A stretch of DNA of 64,000 nucleotides from Sulfuricurvum sp. (GCA_011391735.1 JAABPY010000115.1:1291-65290); one strand, 5' to 3'. Counted from the stretch's first letter, positions 21,045 through 32,245 are shown. Numbers and translations: made by a program. Notes: generated by a model from the letters alone, not told the origin.

Positions 21045-22373
21045 GTGTTTAAAACAGTCATGCCTCTCTCTGCGATTTTATCGCTTCGTTTTTTCGGTCT
21101 TTTTTTGGTGCTTCCTGTTCTTTCGGTCTATGGACTCACCCTTACTGGTGCTACACCACTTCTTATTGGGGTTATTGTCGGAGGATATGCCCTCACTCAA
21201 GCAATTTTTCAACTCCCCTTTGGAATTATGAGTGACAAAATAGGGCGTAAACCTACTCTTCTCGTTGGATTGGTTATTTTTCTTGTCGGTTCAATTATTT
21301 GTGCCGTCAGTGTTGATATTTATACCCTTATGTTCGGACGATTTTTACAAGGGGCTGGTGCTATTGGTGCGGTTATTCCTGCCATGATTAGTGATTTGGT
21401 CAACGAAGAGTCTCGTGGTAAAGCGATGGCACTTATGGGGGGGACAATTGCGATTAGTTTCGCAGCGGCGATGGGACTTGGACCTGTAATTGCAGCTCAT
21501 TATGGTCTTTCATCGTTGTTTTGGATTACGGCTGGTCTCTCAATTTTCTCGATGATTATTCTCTTTACAAACGTACCCACCCCTCCACGTATCCGTCACA
21601 TCTATCACTCTTCTACCAATACCCGTGATATTTTAAAAGATCCTAATCTTCTCAATATGGTTATCATTAACGGAATGCAAAAAGGGCTTATGACGGTAGC
21701 TTTCGTCCTCATTCCTGTATTGTTGATCGGTACCGATACCATAAAAGGATTTGATTGGGTAGCTGCTGATTTGTGGAAAGTCTACGTTCCTGCACTTTTG
21801 GCGGGTCTTGTAGCTATGGGACCTGCTGCGGTATTTGGCGAAAAATACAATAAGCCAAAACAAATCTTTCTCATTTCAATTGTTCTATTTATCACAGCCT
21901 TTACGCTGATGGGATTTGCGACGCAAAGCTGGCAGTTTGTCATGGGGGTTGTCAGTTTCTTTGTTGCCTTTAATATGATGGAACCTTTGGTTCAGTCCAT
22001 GATTAGTAAGTTTGCAAAAGTTCATCAAAAAGGGGCTGCATTAGGAATTGCCAATGGATTTGCGTATCTTATGACATTTATTGGGGGAATTGTTGCGGGT
22101 CTTGCCTTGCAGTATTCCAATAAGGAGACATTAGCCATAGCCTTGATTATCGTATCCACCTTGTGGCTTTTATGGACGATGAAGCTGACGAATCCGCTGC
22201 GTTTTTCTCATTTGTATCTCCCGATGGAACATGTGGATATGGAAAAACTCAACGGCTTAGAGCATGAACATATTGCGGAATGGTTTATCAATGAGACCGA
22301 AAATTTGGTCGTCGTTAAATATCGTAAAGATATGGTTGAAGAAGAGGCTATTAAGGCGAAGATTGTGAAATAA
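21045..22373 (+). CDS. MFS transporter (YajR-like)
   Basis: Multi-TM protein, SDKIGRK motif A, GRFLQG. Confidence 0.9.
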   Translation: MFKTVMPLSAILSLRFFGLFLVLPVLSVYGLTLTGATPLLIGVIVGGYALTQAIFQLPFGIMSDKIGRKPTLLVGLVIFLVGSIICAVSVDIYTLMFGRFLQGAGAIGAVIPAMISDLVNEESRGKAMALMGGTIAISFAAAMGLGPVIAAHYGLSSLFWITAGLSIFSMIILFTNVPTPPRIRHIYHSSTNTRDILKDPNLLNMVIINGMQKGLMTVAFVLIPVLLIGTDTIKGFDWVAADLWKVYVPALLAGLVAMGPAAVFGEKYNKPKQIFLISIVLFITAFTLMGFATQSWQFVMGVVSFFVAFNMMEPLVQSMISKFAKVHQKGAALGIANGFAYLMTFIGGIVAGLALQYSNKETLAIALIIVSTLWLLWTMKLTNPLRFSHLYLPMEHVDMEKLNGLEHEHIAEWFINETENLVVVKYRKDMVEEEAIKAKIVK

Positions 22374-22379
22374 TTCCCT

Positions 22380-22402
22380 CATACCGTATCCCATACGGTA
22401 TG
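22380..22402. terminator. Hairpin between convergent MFS gene and moeA
   Basis: CATACCGTAT-CCC-ATACGGTATG perfect inverted repeat. Confidence 0.7.
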
Positions 22403-22412
22403 CAAGTAAAAA

Positions 22413-23612
22413 CTACAGTTTTATAACCCTCACCAACGTCCCCGCTTCCAAATCCCCATCCTCTTCGCCGCATATCATTAATGCTGCATCTCCTAGGAGA
22501 TTGGTCAAGATAGCAGAGCTTCCTGTTTTCTTCCCCTCAAAATCGACCCAATAGCGACCATCCTCGAATGAGAGATTACATGCCGTAAATTCACTCTTAT
22601 TGGAGCGTTTGGAAAAAGGGACTCTAAGAGTTGCTTCGATAGGTTCATATGGATTTGAACACGCCATCATCCGTGCCATCAAGGGGGCGACATAGAGGAT
22701 AAAAGTAACCGTAGAGGAGTAGGCAAATCCCGGTAACGAGACGATAAATTTCTCTCCCCGTTGTGCTACCATCACGTGCTGCCCCGGTTTGATATTGACC
22801 CCCTTAAAGATCACCTGCGCACCAAGGGCTGGGACAATGTCTTTGACGAAATCATAGTCCCCCACACTGACACCACCCGTACTGACGACGATATCACTGG
22901 AGGCTAATGCCTCTTCGAAACGTCCCATAATGGCATCTTTATCATCCCCGACGATTCCCATTTGGATCGATTCACCCCCGTTTTGCTTCACCAATGCTTC
23001 TAATGTATAGCTGTTGGAGCTGCGAATTTGTCCTGCATGACGGGCAACTTCCCCCACTTCCAAAAGTTCAGCCCCAGTGGCGATGATACTGACACGAGGA
23101 CGCTGTACGACACTGACCATCACACGGTTAATTCCTGCTAATACCCCCATTTGGGCAAAACCGATTTTACTCCCCCAACCAATAAGAACTTCCCCTTTAC
23201 GGTAACTCTCGGCAATAGGACGAACGGCGAATCCTAACGGAACCGTTTTATGTATAACTATTCGTCCCTCTTCTACCGTAACATTTTCGATAGGGATAAG
23301 GGTATTGGCACCCATAGGCATCAAGGAACCCGTAAACGTTTTGATACACATTCCACTCACCACTTCACCCACATCATCCGCCCCCGCAGGATTATCCCCC
23401 ATAATACGTAGCGTACTATGTTCACTCAAATCAGCATGAATGAGGGCATATCCATCCATCGCCGACATGGGATGGGTCGGATAATCTTCTGTGGCAACAA
23501 TATCTTCACTGAGAATTCGCCCCAATGCGTTACTAATAAAGAGACGCTCACTACGAAGCGTCCCCATTTCTAAAAGGCTCACCATATTTTGAGAGGTCTC
23601 ATAACTAATCAT
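22413..23612 (-). CDS. moeA: Molybdopterin molybdenumtransferase
   Basis: SAMDGYA, IATGAEL, STGGVSVGDYD, IKPG, LPG. Confidence 0.95.
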   Translation of the reverse strand: MISYETSQNMVSLLEMGTLRSERLFISNALGRILSEDIVATEDYPTHPMSAMDGYALIHADLSEHSTLRIMGDNPAGADDVGEVVSGMCIKTFTGSLMPMGANTLIPIENVTVEEGRIVIHKTVPLGFAVRPIAESYRKGEVLIGWGSKIGFAQMGVLAGINRVMVSVVQRPRVSIIATGAELLEVGEVARHAGQIRSSNSYTLEALVKQNGGESIQMGIVGDDKDAIMGRFEEALASSDIVVSTGGVSVGDYDFVKDIVPALGAQVIFKGVNIKPGQHVMVAQRGEKFIVSLPGFAYSSTVTFILYVAPLMARMMACSNPYEPIEATLRVPFSKRSNKSEFTACNLSFEDGRYWVDFEGKKTGSSAILTNLLGDAALMICGEEDGDLEAGTLVRVIKL

Positions 23613-24055
23613 CCGTTTCTCCCTAATAGTCCTGCACCTGCAATCGCCGTTGAGCGCTCACGTGCATAAATGCGTTTTCCATCTTTTAGATCGTATTTCC
23701 AAATCGGGGCAGAGGCTTTGAAGTCCTCAACAAACGCATCAATCGTCTCCAATGCGACACGCCGTTTAGGAGAAAATACCGCCGCAATATAGGAGCTTTC
23801 ATGGAGGTATACATCGCCACGAGAGTGCGCCATTTTAAGTACCGCCCCCAATGGTGCCACTTTAGCCCCCCACGCATCGAACCACGAGGTAAGAATCGGC
23901 TCATAGACATCGAAACTAAGCCCATCAATCCCATCTTCCTCACGCACCGTCCCCACAAACGGGATATAAGCACCGTAGTTACTTGTAGCTTCCAAAGCAT
24001 ACCAACGTGCTAAAATCTCAGGGACGGTTAACGCCCCATCATGCAACTCCAACAT
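23609..24055 (-). CDS. moaE: Molybdopterin synthase catalytic subunit
   Basis: FVGTVREE, HSRG, FKASAPIWK. Confidence 0.93.
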   Translation of the reverse strand: MLELHDGALTVPEILARWYALEATSNYGAYIPFVGTVREEDGIDGLSFDVYEPILTSWFDAWGAKVAPLGAVLKMAHSRGDVYLHESSYIAAVFSPKRRVALETIDAFVEDFKASAPIWKYDLKDGKRIYARERSTAIAGAGLLGRNG

Positions 24056-24056
24056 A

Positions 24057-24278
24057 TCAACCACCACACACAGGAGGAAGAAGCGATACTTTATCCCCCT
24101 CTTTGAGAGGTGTATCTAATGACCCAACGAGAGTATCATTCACCGCCACCGCACAGTTCTCAATCCACTCTGCCATAGTGGGATCTTGTTTTAGTACCTC
24201 GGCTACTTCTCGCAAAGTTGATGCTTCCATACTCAAAACAGGCTTTTGAATCGGCCCTAAAAATTCTACGGTTATCAC
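24057..24278 (-). CDS. moaD: Molybdopterin synthase sulfur carrier
   Basis: AVAVND, C-terminal PPVCGG. Confidence 0.93.
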   Translation of the reverse strand: MITVEFLGPIQKPVLSMEASTLREVAEVLKQDPTMAEWIENCAVAVNDTLVGSLDTPLKEGDKVSLLPPVCGG

Positions 24279-24376
24279 GTAAGCGTCCTTCTACTTAGAC
24301 TAATATTGAGCGATTATAACAAAAGAGCCATAAAGCACGGTTTTAGTATAATAATTATTTTACTGGGGAGCCTATT

Positions 24377-25063
24377 TTGATATTCGGAAAAATTGATTTT
24401 TTAAACCTTTTGCCTTTTCATGTTTTTATGAAACGGTATGCCCGTTCTCTTCGAGTACACCAAAGTCTCAACTACCACAAAGGGGTTCCCTCTGCCCTCA
24501 ACCGTGATTTTGCGATGCGCCGTATTGATGCCGCATTTATCTCCAGTATCACGGCACGCCATTGTCATCATTTCAATGTGGGGATTGTCGCTCGTCGTGA
24601 AGTACTGAGCGTTTTATCCCTCCCTTCATTAAATGACGAAAAAGATGCCGACTCGGCTACTTCCAATCTCCTTGCAGCCGTTTTGGATATTCACGGAGAG
24701 GTATTGATCGGCGACAAGGCGTTGCGCTATTTTTATAGCGGAGGTGAGCATACTGATTTGGGAAAAGTATGGAACACCCAGACAGGATTGCCCTTTGTAT
24801 TTGCCCTCCTGTGTACCCATCACCATACGGATGAGCTTCAACGATTGAGCCAAAAATTTGTCGAAAAAAAGATCAAAATCCCCTACTATATTCTCATGGA
24901 AAATTCTCGCCGAAGTGGTTTGACCCCTGCTCAAATCACCCACTATTTACAATTTATCAGTTATACGATTGGAGAAAAAGAGAAGCGGGGGTATAAACGG
25001 TTTGTGAAAGAGGTGAAAGCCAGAGGATTGGCTCCCTCGATGGGGGAGATACGGTATCGATAG
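24377..25063 (+). CDS. mqnA: Chorismate dehydratase, futalosine menaquinone pathway (MqnA family)
   Basis: GKIDFLNLLP, SATSN, LIGDKAL, DLG..W...TGLPFVFA. Confidence 0.85.
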   Translation: MIFGKIDFLNLLPFHVFMKRYARSLRVHQSLNYHKGVPSALNRDFAMRRIDAAFISSITARHCHHFNVGIVARREVLSVLSLPSLNDEKDADSATSNLLAAVLDIHGEVLIGDKALRYFYSGGEHTDLGKVWNTQTGLPFVFALLCTHHHTDELQRLSQKFVEKKIKIPYYILMENSRRSGLTPAQITHYLQFISYTIGEKEKRGYKRFVKEVKARGLAPSMGEIRYR

Positions 25064-25144
25064 ATTAGATACTTCCTTTGATATAAAGAGTATCAGGGCA
25101 AAAATCTTGACCATTAATCGCTTTTACTTGTAAAATTGTAGCGG

Positions 25145-25243
25145 TTAAGGGTGTCGGTGACTTTCGTTGTATTTGTAAAGCTGGTAGGTAGCGAATGCGA
25201 GTACGATGATCGCCGCTATCAGCACAATGGTTTGTCCGTTCAT
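25145..25243 (-). CDS. 32-aa hydrophobic microprotein (MNGQTIVLIAAIIVLAFATYQLYKYNESHRHP)
   Basis: Manual translation; AAGGAGAG RBS just upstream; one TM helix. Confidence 0.6.
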   Translation of the reverse strand: MNGQTIVLIAAIIVLAFATYQLYKYNESHRHP

Positions 25244-25371
25244 CTGCTCTCCTTTTCTAAAATAATACCGATAACCATAATAAGCACAGATATAATTAGG
25301 AATATTTGATATACATCCCGTTTGAGAAAGAGGGGGTTTGAGGGGGAGGAAACTACCCTCTCAATGACATT

Positions 25372-26754
25372 TTAATGGTTCAACAACGCCTCAATACGCA
25401 CCAACGTCTCCTCCACCCCGATGATCGCCATAACGCTATCCAATCCCGGACCTGAAAGTTTCCCCATGAGCGCAATACGCAATGGCTGCCCGATTTTCCC
25501 AAATCCGATTCCAAGCTGCGCCACTACCGCTTCCATCACATGGTGATAGTCACTTGGTAAGTGGAGCTCTGAACTATTTTTCAATGCCGTAGCAAAGGCT
25601 TCTAAGATAGCTTTGCTCTCCTCTTTGTACCCTTTTTTGAGTGCCCCTTCATCATATTCGGCAGGGCAAGCCAAAATTTCCGTAATAAGGGTTGCCATCT
25701 CTACAAGGGTTTTAGCTCTCTCTTTGACCGCATCAAGAAGTATCTCTTTCTTATCGTGACTCATCAGCATTACCCCATGAAATTCGAGGAGTTCACATAG
25801 CTTCTCGTTGGGAGTATTTTTGATCGTATGGGCATTAAGCCAATCAAGCTTGTCGGTATTATAGACCGATGCCGAACGGTTGATGTCACTGGGGTCGAAA
25901 AGTTCCAACATCTCTGCCATGGAGAAAATCTCTTGATCACCGTGACTCCAACCCAAACGGACAAGAAAATTGAGCAACGCTTCGGGGGTATACCCCATCG
26001 TTTTGTACATCATAACATCCGTTGCGCCATCGCGTTTGGAGAGCTTTTTCCCTTCACTGTTGTGGATCATTGGAACGTGAAAAAACTTCGGCAATGGGAA
26101 TCCAAGTGCTTCATAAACGACGATTTGTTTGGGGGTGTTACTTAGATGATCGTCACCACGAATAACATCGGTTACCCCCATAAGAGCATCATCCACCGCA
26201 ACGACGAAATTGTACGTCGGAGTCCCATCGGCACGCGCAATAATGAAATCATCCAGAATATCAGCAACATTGAAAACGACATCCCCTTTGACCCCATCAT
26301 GTACCGTGATAGAACCCTCTAGTGGTGCTTTGATACGAAGTACTGCTTCACGACCTTCGGGAGCTTCCCCTATAAAATCGCGGTAACGGTTATCGTATTT
26401 AGCCCGTTCTTTACGCGCTGTTTGTTCTTCACGAAGTGCTTCTAGCTCTTCTTTGGACATATAGCACTTATACGCCTTACCCTCATCAAGGAGTTTTTGG
26501 GCATACTCTTGATAGATTGCCAAACGGCTGGATTGGTATTCAATCGCACCATCATGCTCCAATCCGACCCATTTAAACGCCTCCACAATCGCCAATGCAG
26601 CAGCTTCATCATTACGGCTAAAATCGGTATCTTCAATACGGAGAATGAATTTTCCACCGTTACGACGTGCCCAAAGGTAACTAAGAAGGGCGGTACGTAA
26701 ACCACCAATGTGCAAATATCCTGTTGGACTGGGAGCAAAACGTGTTACTATCAT
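25372..26754 (-). CDS. gltX: Glutamate--tRNA ligase
   Basis: RFAPSPTGYLHIGG, IRGDDH, KLSKR. Confidence 0.97.
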   Translation of the reverse strand: MIVTRFAPSPTGYLHIGGLRTALLSYLWARRNGGKFILRIEDTDFSRNDEAAALAIVEAFKWVGLEHDGAIEYQSSRLAIYQEYAQKLLDEGKAYKCYMSKEELEALREEQTARKERAKYDNRYRDFIGEAPEGREAVLRIKAPLEGSITVHDGVKGDVVFNVADILDDFIIARADGTPTYNFVVAVDDALMGVTDVIRGDDHLSNTPKQIVVYEALGFPLPKFFHVPMIHNSEGKKLSKRDGATDVMMYKTMGYTPEALLNFLVRLGWSHGDQEIFSMAEMLELFDPSDINRSASVYNTDKLDWLNAHTIKNTPNEKLCELLEFHGVMLMSHDKKEILLDAVKERAKTLVEMATLITEILACPAEYDEGALKKGYKEESKAILEAFATALKNSSELHLPSDYHHVMEAVVAQLGIGFGKIGQPLRIALMGKLSGPGLDSVMAIIGVEETLVRIEALLNH

Positions 26755-26837
26755 AAATAATCCTTTTTTGATTGGCTAATTTTAGTTGAGGCTAGGTTAA
26801 AAGCGGGTAAAATAGGCGATTATTACAAGGAGCTTTC

Positions 26838-27671
26838 ATGCGTTCACTGCTATTGGCATCACTACTACTCACCTCTCTTTGGAGTGCACCTATTGGGGGT
26901 GTCGCCGTATTGGTAAAAGATAGCCCTATTACCCTCTACGAAGTACAACAAGAGATGAAGCAAAGCGGTATGACGGCTGAGCAAAGTGTCGATACCCTTA
27001 TTCGCAAAAAACTCGAACAACTGGAAGCAACGGAGAAAAAGATCACCGTTAGCCCCACCGAAGTGCAAGAAGAACTCGAACGGATGGCAAAACAAAATAA
27101 TCTCTCTTTGGAGAAATTTTTGGAGGCGATGCAAAATACTCGAGGGATCAGCCAAAGTGATTTAACAACTAAAGTGCAAGAGAGCGTTCAAAGTCAAAAA
27201 CTCTACAGCACTATCGCTTTTTCCAAAATGGCGCAACCCACAGCATCGGAAGAAGCGGAGTATTATCAACTTCATCTCGATGAGTTTTCACGCCCTGAGA
27301 GATATGAGGTCACTACCTATATCTCAAACTCACACGAAGCATTGCAAGCAAAAATTGAGGATCCTATGCGCAATATTGAAAGTGTCAATGCCAAAGATGA
27401 CAACATTCCCGGAGCATCTATCAATCCTCAATTGGCACAAATTCTTAATAAAATCGAAGTGGGGAAATTTGGCCCAATACTGCCCAATGGACAAAACAGC
27501 TTTATGAGTTTCTATATGAAAGACAAACCCAATCTTATCACCGAAAACCTCGATACGGTTCGTCCACAGATTGACAATATGATTATGGGGGAGAGACGAA
27601 ATCAAGTGCTGAATGATTATTTTACGCGGTTGCGTTTGAGTGCGGATATTAAAGTGGTGCGATTGCCGTAA
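26838..27671 (+). CDS. SurA-like periplasmic chaperone/PPIase
   Basis: Signal peptide, VAVLVKDSPITLYEV SurA N-terminal pattern, C-terminal RLRLSADIK. Confidence 0.75.
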   Translation: MRSLLLASLLLTSLWSAPIGGVAVLVKDSPITLYEVQQEMKQSGMTAEQSVDTLIRKKLEQLEATEKKITVSPTEVQEELERMAKQNNLSLEKFLEAMQNTRGISQSDLTTKVQESVQSQKLYSTIAFSKMAQPTASEEAEYYQLHLDEFSRPERYEVTTYISNSHEALQAKIEDPMRNIESVNAKDDNIPGASINPQLAQILNKIEVGKFGPILPNGQNSFMSFYMKDKPNLITENLDTVRPQIDNMIMGERRNQVLNDYFTRLRLSADIKVVRLP

Positions 27672-27675
27672 AAAT

Positions 27676-27714
27676 CCGTTCGCCCTAAGCCTGTCGAAGG
27701 GTGTTCATGGATCG
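27676..27714 (+). repeat. Degenerate REP-like element CCGTTCGCCCTAAGCCTGTCGAAGGGTGTTCATGGATCG
   Basis: Resembles the GCCCTGAGCCTGTCGAAGGG REP type (recalled consensus); 4 nt after the surA-like stop; single copy here. Confidence 0.5.
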
Positions 27715-27917
27715 AAGCGAAATCAAATCGTTCTATTTTTTGTACTTTCAAGAAACTCCATTTTTACTTGTATCTCCGAACGATTTTGGAGATAGCCTTA
27801 AATATAAGTCTATTATTTTTATAGAAAATAGAAGTTTAATTTGTTACACTATAGGAACCAATAGAAAAATGAATTTTATTGGTTGAATAATAAATCTTAA
27901 ATTAATAAGGGATTACA

Positions 27918-28181
27918 ATGTACTGTCCAGTATGTAAAGATGAAAGATTAGTAATTAGTGAAAAGAGTGGGATTGAGATAGATTATTGTCCAAAATGTAG
28001 AGGCATTTGGCTTGATAGGGGTGAATTAGAAAAAATCATAGAGAGAAGTTCTCATCAGGAAACAAATAGCCATAATCATTCCTATCATAAGGAAGATGAC
28101 AACAGATATGAAAAAAACCATTCAAATCATGGTTATCCAAAAAAGAAAGAAAGTTTTTTATCAGATTTGTTTGATTTCTAG
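27918..28181 (+). CDS. zf-TFIIB-like zinc-ribbon protein
   Basis: CPVC...IEIDYCPKCRGIWLDRGELEKII, C-terminal KKKESFLSDLFDF; AT-rich. Confidence 0.9.
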   Translation: MYCPVCKDERLVISEKSGIEIDYCPKCRGIWLDRGELEKIIERSSHQETNSHNHSYHKEDDNRYEKNHSNHGYPKKKESFLSDLFDF

Positions 28182-28229
28182 CTCTCACTCGTTGCGACTA
28201 CACATTAAAATAATATAAAGATAGAGTCT

Positions 28230-30359
28230 TTACGACTCCATCATATCATTCAAAATATCGAACAGTTCAACACTCGCTTTTTCTGCCGCTTCAAAACAAT
28301 CAGCAATCGCCTTTGCGTTACGAAGTTGATCCTCTTTGAGCAATGCCATCGCTTTATTCACTTCTGTATGTACCCGTTTATGCGGTTCTAAGAGTTTACT
28401 ATACGCTGCTGTCAAGGAAAACTCCGCCTTGCCATCTCCGCTTTCATACCAATGTCCCAATGTACATGCGTGGTGATCGCTAAACTCTTGAGTGACTTTC
28501 CCCTCAAACCCTGCCGCATACGCATTACTTTTGAAAATCATATGGTCAATTTTTGCCATATTAGCGAAGATCTCATGACTAATGGATTGATTATCTTTTT
28601 TAATCTTCTCAACATTATCAATAAGGGTTGCCATCACTCTTTTGAATTGATCCAGTTTTTGAACCGAATCACTCGCATACTCTTCGACTCGCTCGCTGTT
28701 TTCCAACATCCCTAGTGAGTTTTGTTTCAATATACTAATATTAGCTTCTACTTCACTCGTCGCTTTTTGAGTACGTTCCGCCAATTTTCGCACTTCATCG
28801 GCAACAACGGCAAACCCACGTCCATGTTCACCCGCCCGTGCTGCTTCAATAGCGGCATTAAGTGCTAAAAGATTGGTTTGATCGGATATGTCTTTAATCA
28901 ACGTAATAACATTCGAAATTTCACTCACATTATGGTTGAGTTGTTGGGAATTTGTCCGTGAGTCATTAATCATTTCGGTAATATTGACCATACTGCTCAT
29001 AATTCCATCCGTTTGATGACTCACATCATCCACTACACTTCCCGTATTCAAGTTGAGGGCATTGACTTCATGCAAGTTTTTAATATTCTGCTTCATTGAT
29101 CCACGAAGGCTACCCGAATTCGAAATGGAACCTTGAATCATTTGACGAGCTAGCGTCAACGACATCTCATTTTTCTGCATTTGCTCATCCGAATTATTTT
29201 TCGCATACACCGCCTCTTGTGCCCGATCTTCTACTTGCATGGCAATAATCTGTACTTTTTCGATAAAAATATTAAAACTTTTTGCCGCTTGACCAATCTC
29301 ATCATCCGAGTCGACACGAAGACGCTTCGTCAGATCTGCATCGCCACTTGCCAATTCTTGAGCAATCCTATCCAAATTCTCAATGGGGGCAATAACGGCA
29401 CGACGAACCGTAATAATCAAGGCTACCAGTATAATGATATCAAATACTAACATAATGATCAGTTGACGCAAAAGGGAATCTTTGGATTGATCCACAATAG
29501 TCTCTACTGTTTCTAGTTTTTTCCCTGAAAAAGCATATCCCACAAGCTCACCTGAGTAATCTTTGATTGCTATAGGGGAGACATAGTAATTTTCTGTGTT
29601 GAATTGTCCCCCTTTTGGATTAAATTCAACCTTTTTGAGCTCTTGGAAGAATTCTTTATCCACCGCATCTTCTTTGACCGCAAGGGTATACCCATTCCCT
29701 ACTTTTGGAGCATCTTTGAGCTCTTTGGCTGTCTCTAAATACTTATCATCAAGGACAATCACCAAATCAGACCCGAAATTTTTCCGTATATCTTTGATAA
29801 CGGAATTAAGTCCCTGCATAAACTCAACCGATCCCACATACTCCCCATTAGAGACAATAGGAGCAATACCGCGTAGTTCCAAACCAGCATTCCCCACTTC
29901 AATTGCAACAAGGGGCTTATGGCTCTCTTTAACACTCAAAATGGTTTTACGAAATCCACTGAGATCATCCCCGAATTTTTCAGGGTTCCAAACACGGACA
30001 AAACTGTGAACGTTTCGGTCATGAACGTGAATTTTGACACTGCCGAATTTTGTCGAATTTTTATATTCCGTAGAGAGGGCTTGGAGATTTCGAATAACCC
30101 CCTCACGATCATTGCTCATAAGCCCATTGGCTACCGCACTGTTTTTAGAAATCGTAATAGCATTGGTCAAACCAACACTATTTTTAGATTCAACCGCTTC
30201 ATCAAAAACCGTCTTCATCTCTTTGGCTTGAGTCGTATAGACCTGTTCTCGAAGCTCTTTCACCGAGACCAAGTAGTTTATAAAAACTGCACCAAAGCCA
30301 ATGAGAGTCGATGCTATTAAGGGGATATATACCTTTTGCCCTATACTGAAGTTGTTCAT
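28230..30359 (-). CDS. Methyl-accepting chemotaxis protein (Cache, HAMP, MCP signal, C-terminal CZB)
   Basis: Two TMs, [34 protein letters not shown] residues [19 protein letters not shown]. Confidence 0.93.
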   Translation of the reverse strand: MNNFSIGQKVYIPLIASTLIGFGAVFINYLVSVKELREQVYTTQAKEMKTVFDEAVESKNSVGLTNAITISKNSAVANGLMSNDREGVIRNLQALSTEYKNSTKFGSVKIHVHDRNVHSFVRVWNPEKFGDDLSGFRKTILSVKESHKPLVAIEVGNAGLELRGIAPIVSNGEYVGSVEFMQGLNSVIKDIRKNFGSDLVIVLDDKYLETAKELKDAPKVGNGYTLAVKEDAVDKEFFQELKKVEFNPKGGQFNTENYYVSPIAIKDYSGELVGYAFSGKKLETVETIVDQSKDSLLRQLIIMLVFDIIILVALIITVRRAVIAPIENLDRIAQELASGDADLTKRLRVDSDDEIGQAAKSFNIFIEKVQIIAMQVEDRAQEAVYAKNNSDEQMQKNEMSLTLARQMIQGSISNSGSLRGSMKQNIKNLHEVNALNLNTGSVVDDVSHQTDGIMSSMVNITEMINDSRTNSQQLNHNVSEISNVITLIKDISDQTNLLALNAAIEAARAGEHGRGFAVVADEVRKLAERTQKATSEVEANISILKQNSLGMLENSERVEEYASDSVQKLDQFKRVMATLIDNVEKIKKDNQSISHEIFANMAKIDHMIFKSNAYAAGFEGKVTQEFSDHHACTLGHWYESGDGKAEFSLTAAYSKLLEPHKRVHTEVNKAMALLKEDQLRNAKAIADCFEAAEKASVELFDILNDMMES

Positions 30360-30452
30360 TACGATCCTTTTGCGAACTATAGTATAACAGTCTAATCAAT
30401 AATTTCTAAAAAAGATTTGAATTGGCGAAAAAAGAAGTCAATACAACGGCAC

Positions 30453-31793
30453 TTAGCCGTTATACTTTTCGAGATATTTGGTATCGAAGTTATTGGAGAT
30501 AAAATCGGGGTTTTTCATCATTTTTTGGTGAAAAGGGATCGTTGTTCGTATCCCTGTAACGGTAAACTCACTCAATGCACGGTGCATTCGTGCAATAGCA
30601 TCATTACGATCTCTTCCATAAACGATGAGTTTTCCGATCATCGAATCGTAGGTAGAAGGAACCGTATACCCTGCATGAACATGGGTGTCGATACGGACAT
30701 TTCGCCCCCCTGGTGCAATCCACTGGGTAATTTTCCCTGGAGAGGGCAAAAACTTAATCGGATCTTCCGCTGTGATACGGCACTCAATGGAGTGCCCACT
30801 AAGGATAACACTCTCTTGGCTTGGTAACGCTTCACCCTGTGCCACTCGAATCATCAACTCAATCAAATCCAGACCACTTACCATCTCAGAAACAGTATGC
30901 TCTACTTGAAGACGGGTATTCATCTCCATAAAATAAAAATTTTTATCCGCATCAAGGAGATACTCGAACGTCCCCGCCCCCTCGTACTTGATATACTTCG
31001 TTGCACGAACAGCAGAAGCATGAAGTTTGGCCCGAATTTCAGGAGTCAATGCAACCGCAGGAGACTCTTCGATGAGTTTTTGGTGACGACGTTGCATAGA
31101 ACAGTCGCGCTCACCAATGTGCAGAACATTACCATGAGAATCGGCAATCACTTGCACCTCAATATGGCGTGGATTTTTGATGAATTTTTCCATATAAATG
31201 GTACCATCACCAAATGCCGTAATCGCTTCGGCTTCGGCAGCTAGAAAGGCGTTTTCAATACCGCCCTCCTCTTCGACCACACGCATCCCACGTCCGCCTC
31301 CGCCAGCGGCAGCTTTGAGGATGATAGGAAAGCCCACCTCTTGTGCACGAAGACGAGCTTCGGCGATATCTTTGATCGCCCCATCGGACCCTGGAACAAC
31401 AGGAACCCCTGCTGCGATCATCACATCTTTGGCTTTGGATTTATCCGACATCATCACCATAACTTCTGGTGTTGGTCCAATAAATTTGATCCCGTGATGG
31501 GTACAGATCTCAACAAAATGTTGATTCTCACTCAAAAATCCATATCCAGGGAAAATCGCATCACATTTACTAATCTCAGCAGCTGCAATGATCGCTGGAA
31601 TATTCAAATAACTTTTCGCACTGGGTGCCGCACCGATACAAATAGCAGCATCCGCAAGCTGAAGATAGGAGGCATCTTTGTCCGCTGTCGAATACACAGC
31701 TACCGCCTCTTTCCCCATCTCTTGAATCGTACGGATCGCACGAAGAGCTATTTCACCCCGATTGGCAACCAGTATACGTTTAATTTCCGCCAT
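30453..31793 (-). CDS. accC: Acetyl-CoA carboxylase biotin carboxylase
   Basis: LVANRGEIA, GGGGRGMR, ERDCSMQRRHQK, EMNTRLQVEH. Confidence 0.96.
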   Translation of the reverse strand: MAEIKRILVANRGEIALRAIRTIQEMGKEAVAVYSTADKDASYLQLADAAICIGAAPSAKSYLNIPAIIAAAEISKCDAIFPGYGFLSENQHFVEICTHHGIKFIGPTPEVMVMMSDKSKAKDVMIAAGVPVVPGSDGAIKDIAEARLRAQEVGFPIILKAAAGGGGRGMRVVEEEGGIENAFLAAEAEAITAFGDGTIYMEKFIKNPRHIEVQVIADSHGNVLHIGERDCSMQRRHQKLIEESPAVALTPEIRAKLHASAVRATKYIKYEGAGTFEYLLDADKNFYFMEMNTRLQVEHTVSEMVSGLDLIELMIRVAQGEALPSQESVILSGHSIECRITAEDPIKFLPSPGKITQWIAPGGRNVRIDTHVHAGYTVPSTYDSMIGKLIVYGRDRNDAIARMHRALSEFTVTGIRTTIPFHQKMMKNPDFISNNFDTKYLEKYNG

Positions 31794-31795
31794 AA

Positions 31796-32245
31796 TTAGA
31801 GCTTCTTCACAGTATACAATGGCATATCGTACTCAACCGCTTGACCATCTGATTTTAAAATTTCAAGAATCTCACAATCAAACTCAGCTTCAAGTTCATT
31901 CATGATTTTCATCGCTTCAAGGATTGCGACCACTTGCCCTTTTTTAACTCGATCACCCACTTTTACAAAAGGGGGAGAATCAGGGGAAGGGGCGGAATAA
32001 AATGTCCCCACCATTGGAGATAAAATGTAATCCCCTGCAACAATAGTAGCAGCGGGTACTTCAAGTGCAACAGGAGCACTAGCAACAGCAACAGGAGCCG
32101 CCATCATAACAGGGGCAGCAACGGTACCGATATTTTTTTCCAATTCAATGGAGAAAGCATCTGATGTAATTTTTAATTTTGATAACGTACTTGCATCAAA
32201 CTCTTGCACAAGTTCTTTAATATGTTTTATATTCATGAGGTCCAT
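31796..32245 (-). CDS. accB: Biotin carboxyl carrier protein
   Basis: SPMVGTFY, EAMKIMNE. Confidence 0.96.
   Translation of the reverse strand: MDLMNIKHIKELVQEFDASTLSKLKITSDAFSIELEKNIGTVAAPVMMAAPVAVASAPVALEVPAATIVAGDYILSPMVGTFYSAPSPDSPPFVKVGDRVKKGQVVAILEAMKIMNELEAEFDCEILEILKSDGQAVEYDMPLYTVKKL

Noticed and set aside
27701-27886. 61-aa ORF or transposase remnant next to the REP-like element
   Set aside because: No convincing RBS or motif; the minus-strand fragment AISKIVRRYK is too short to call.
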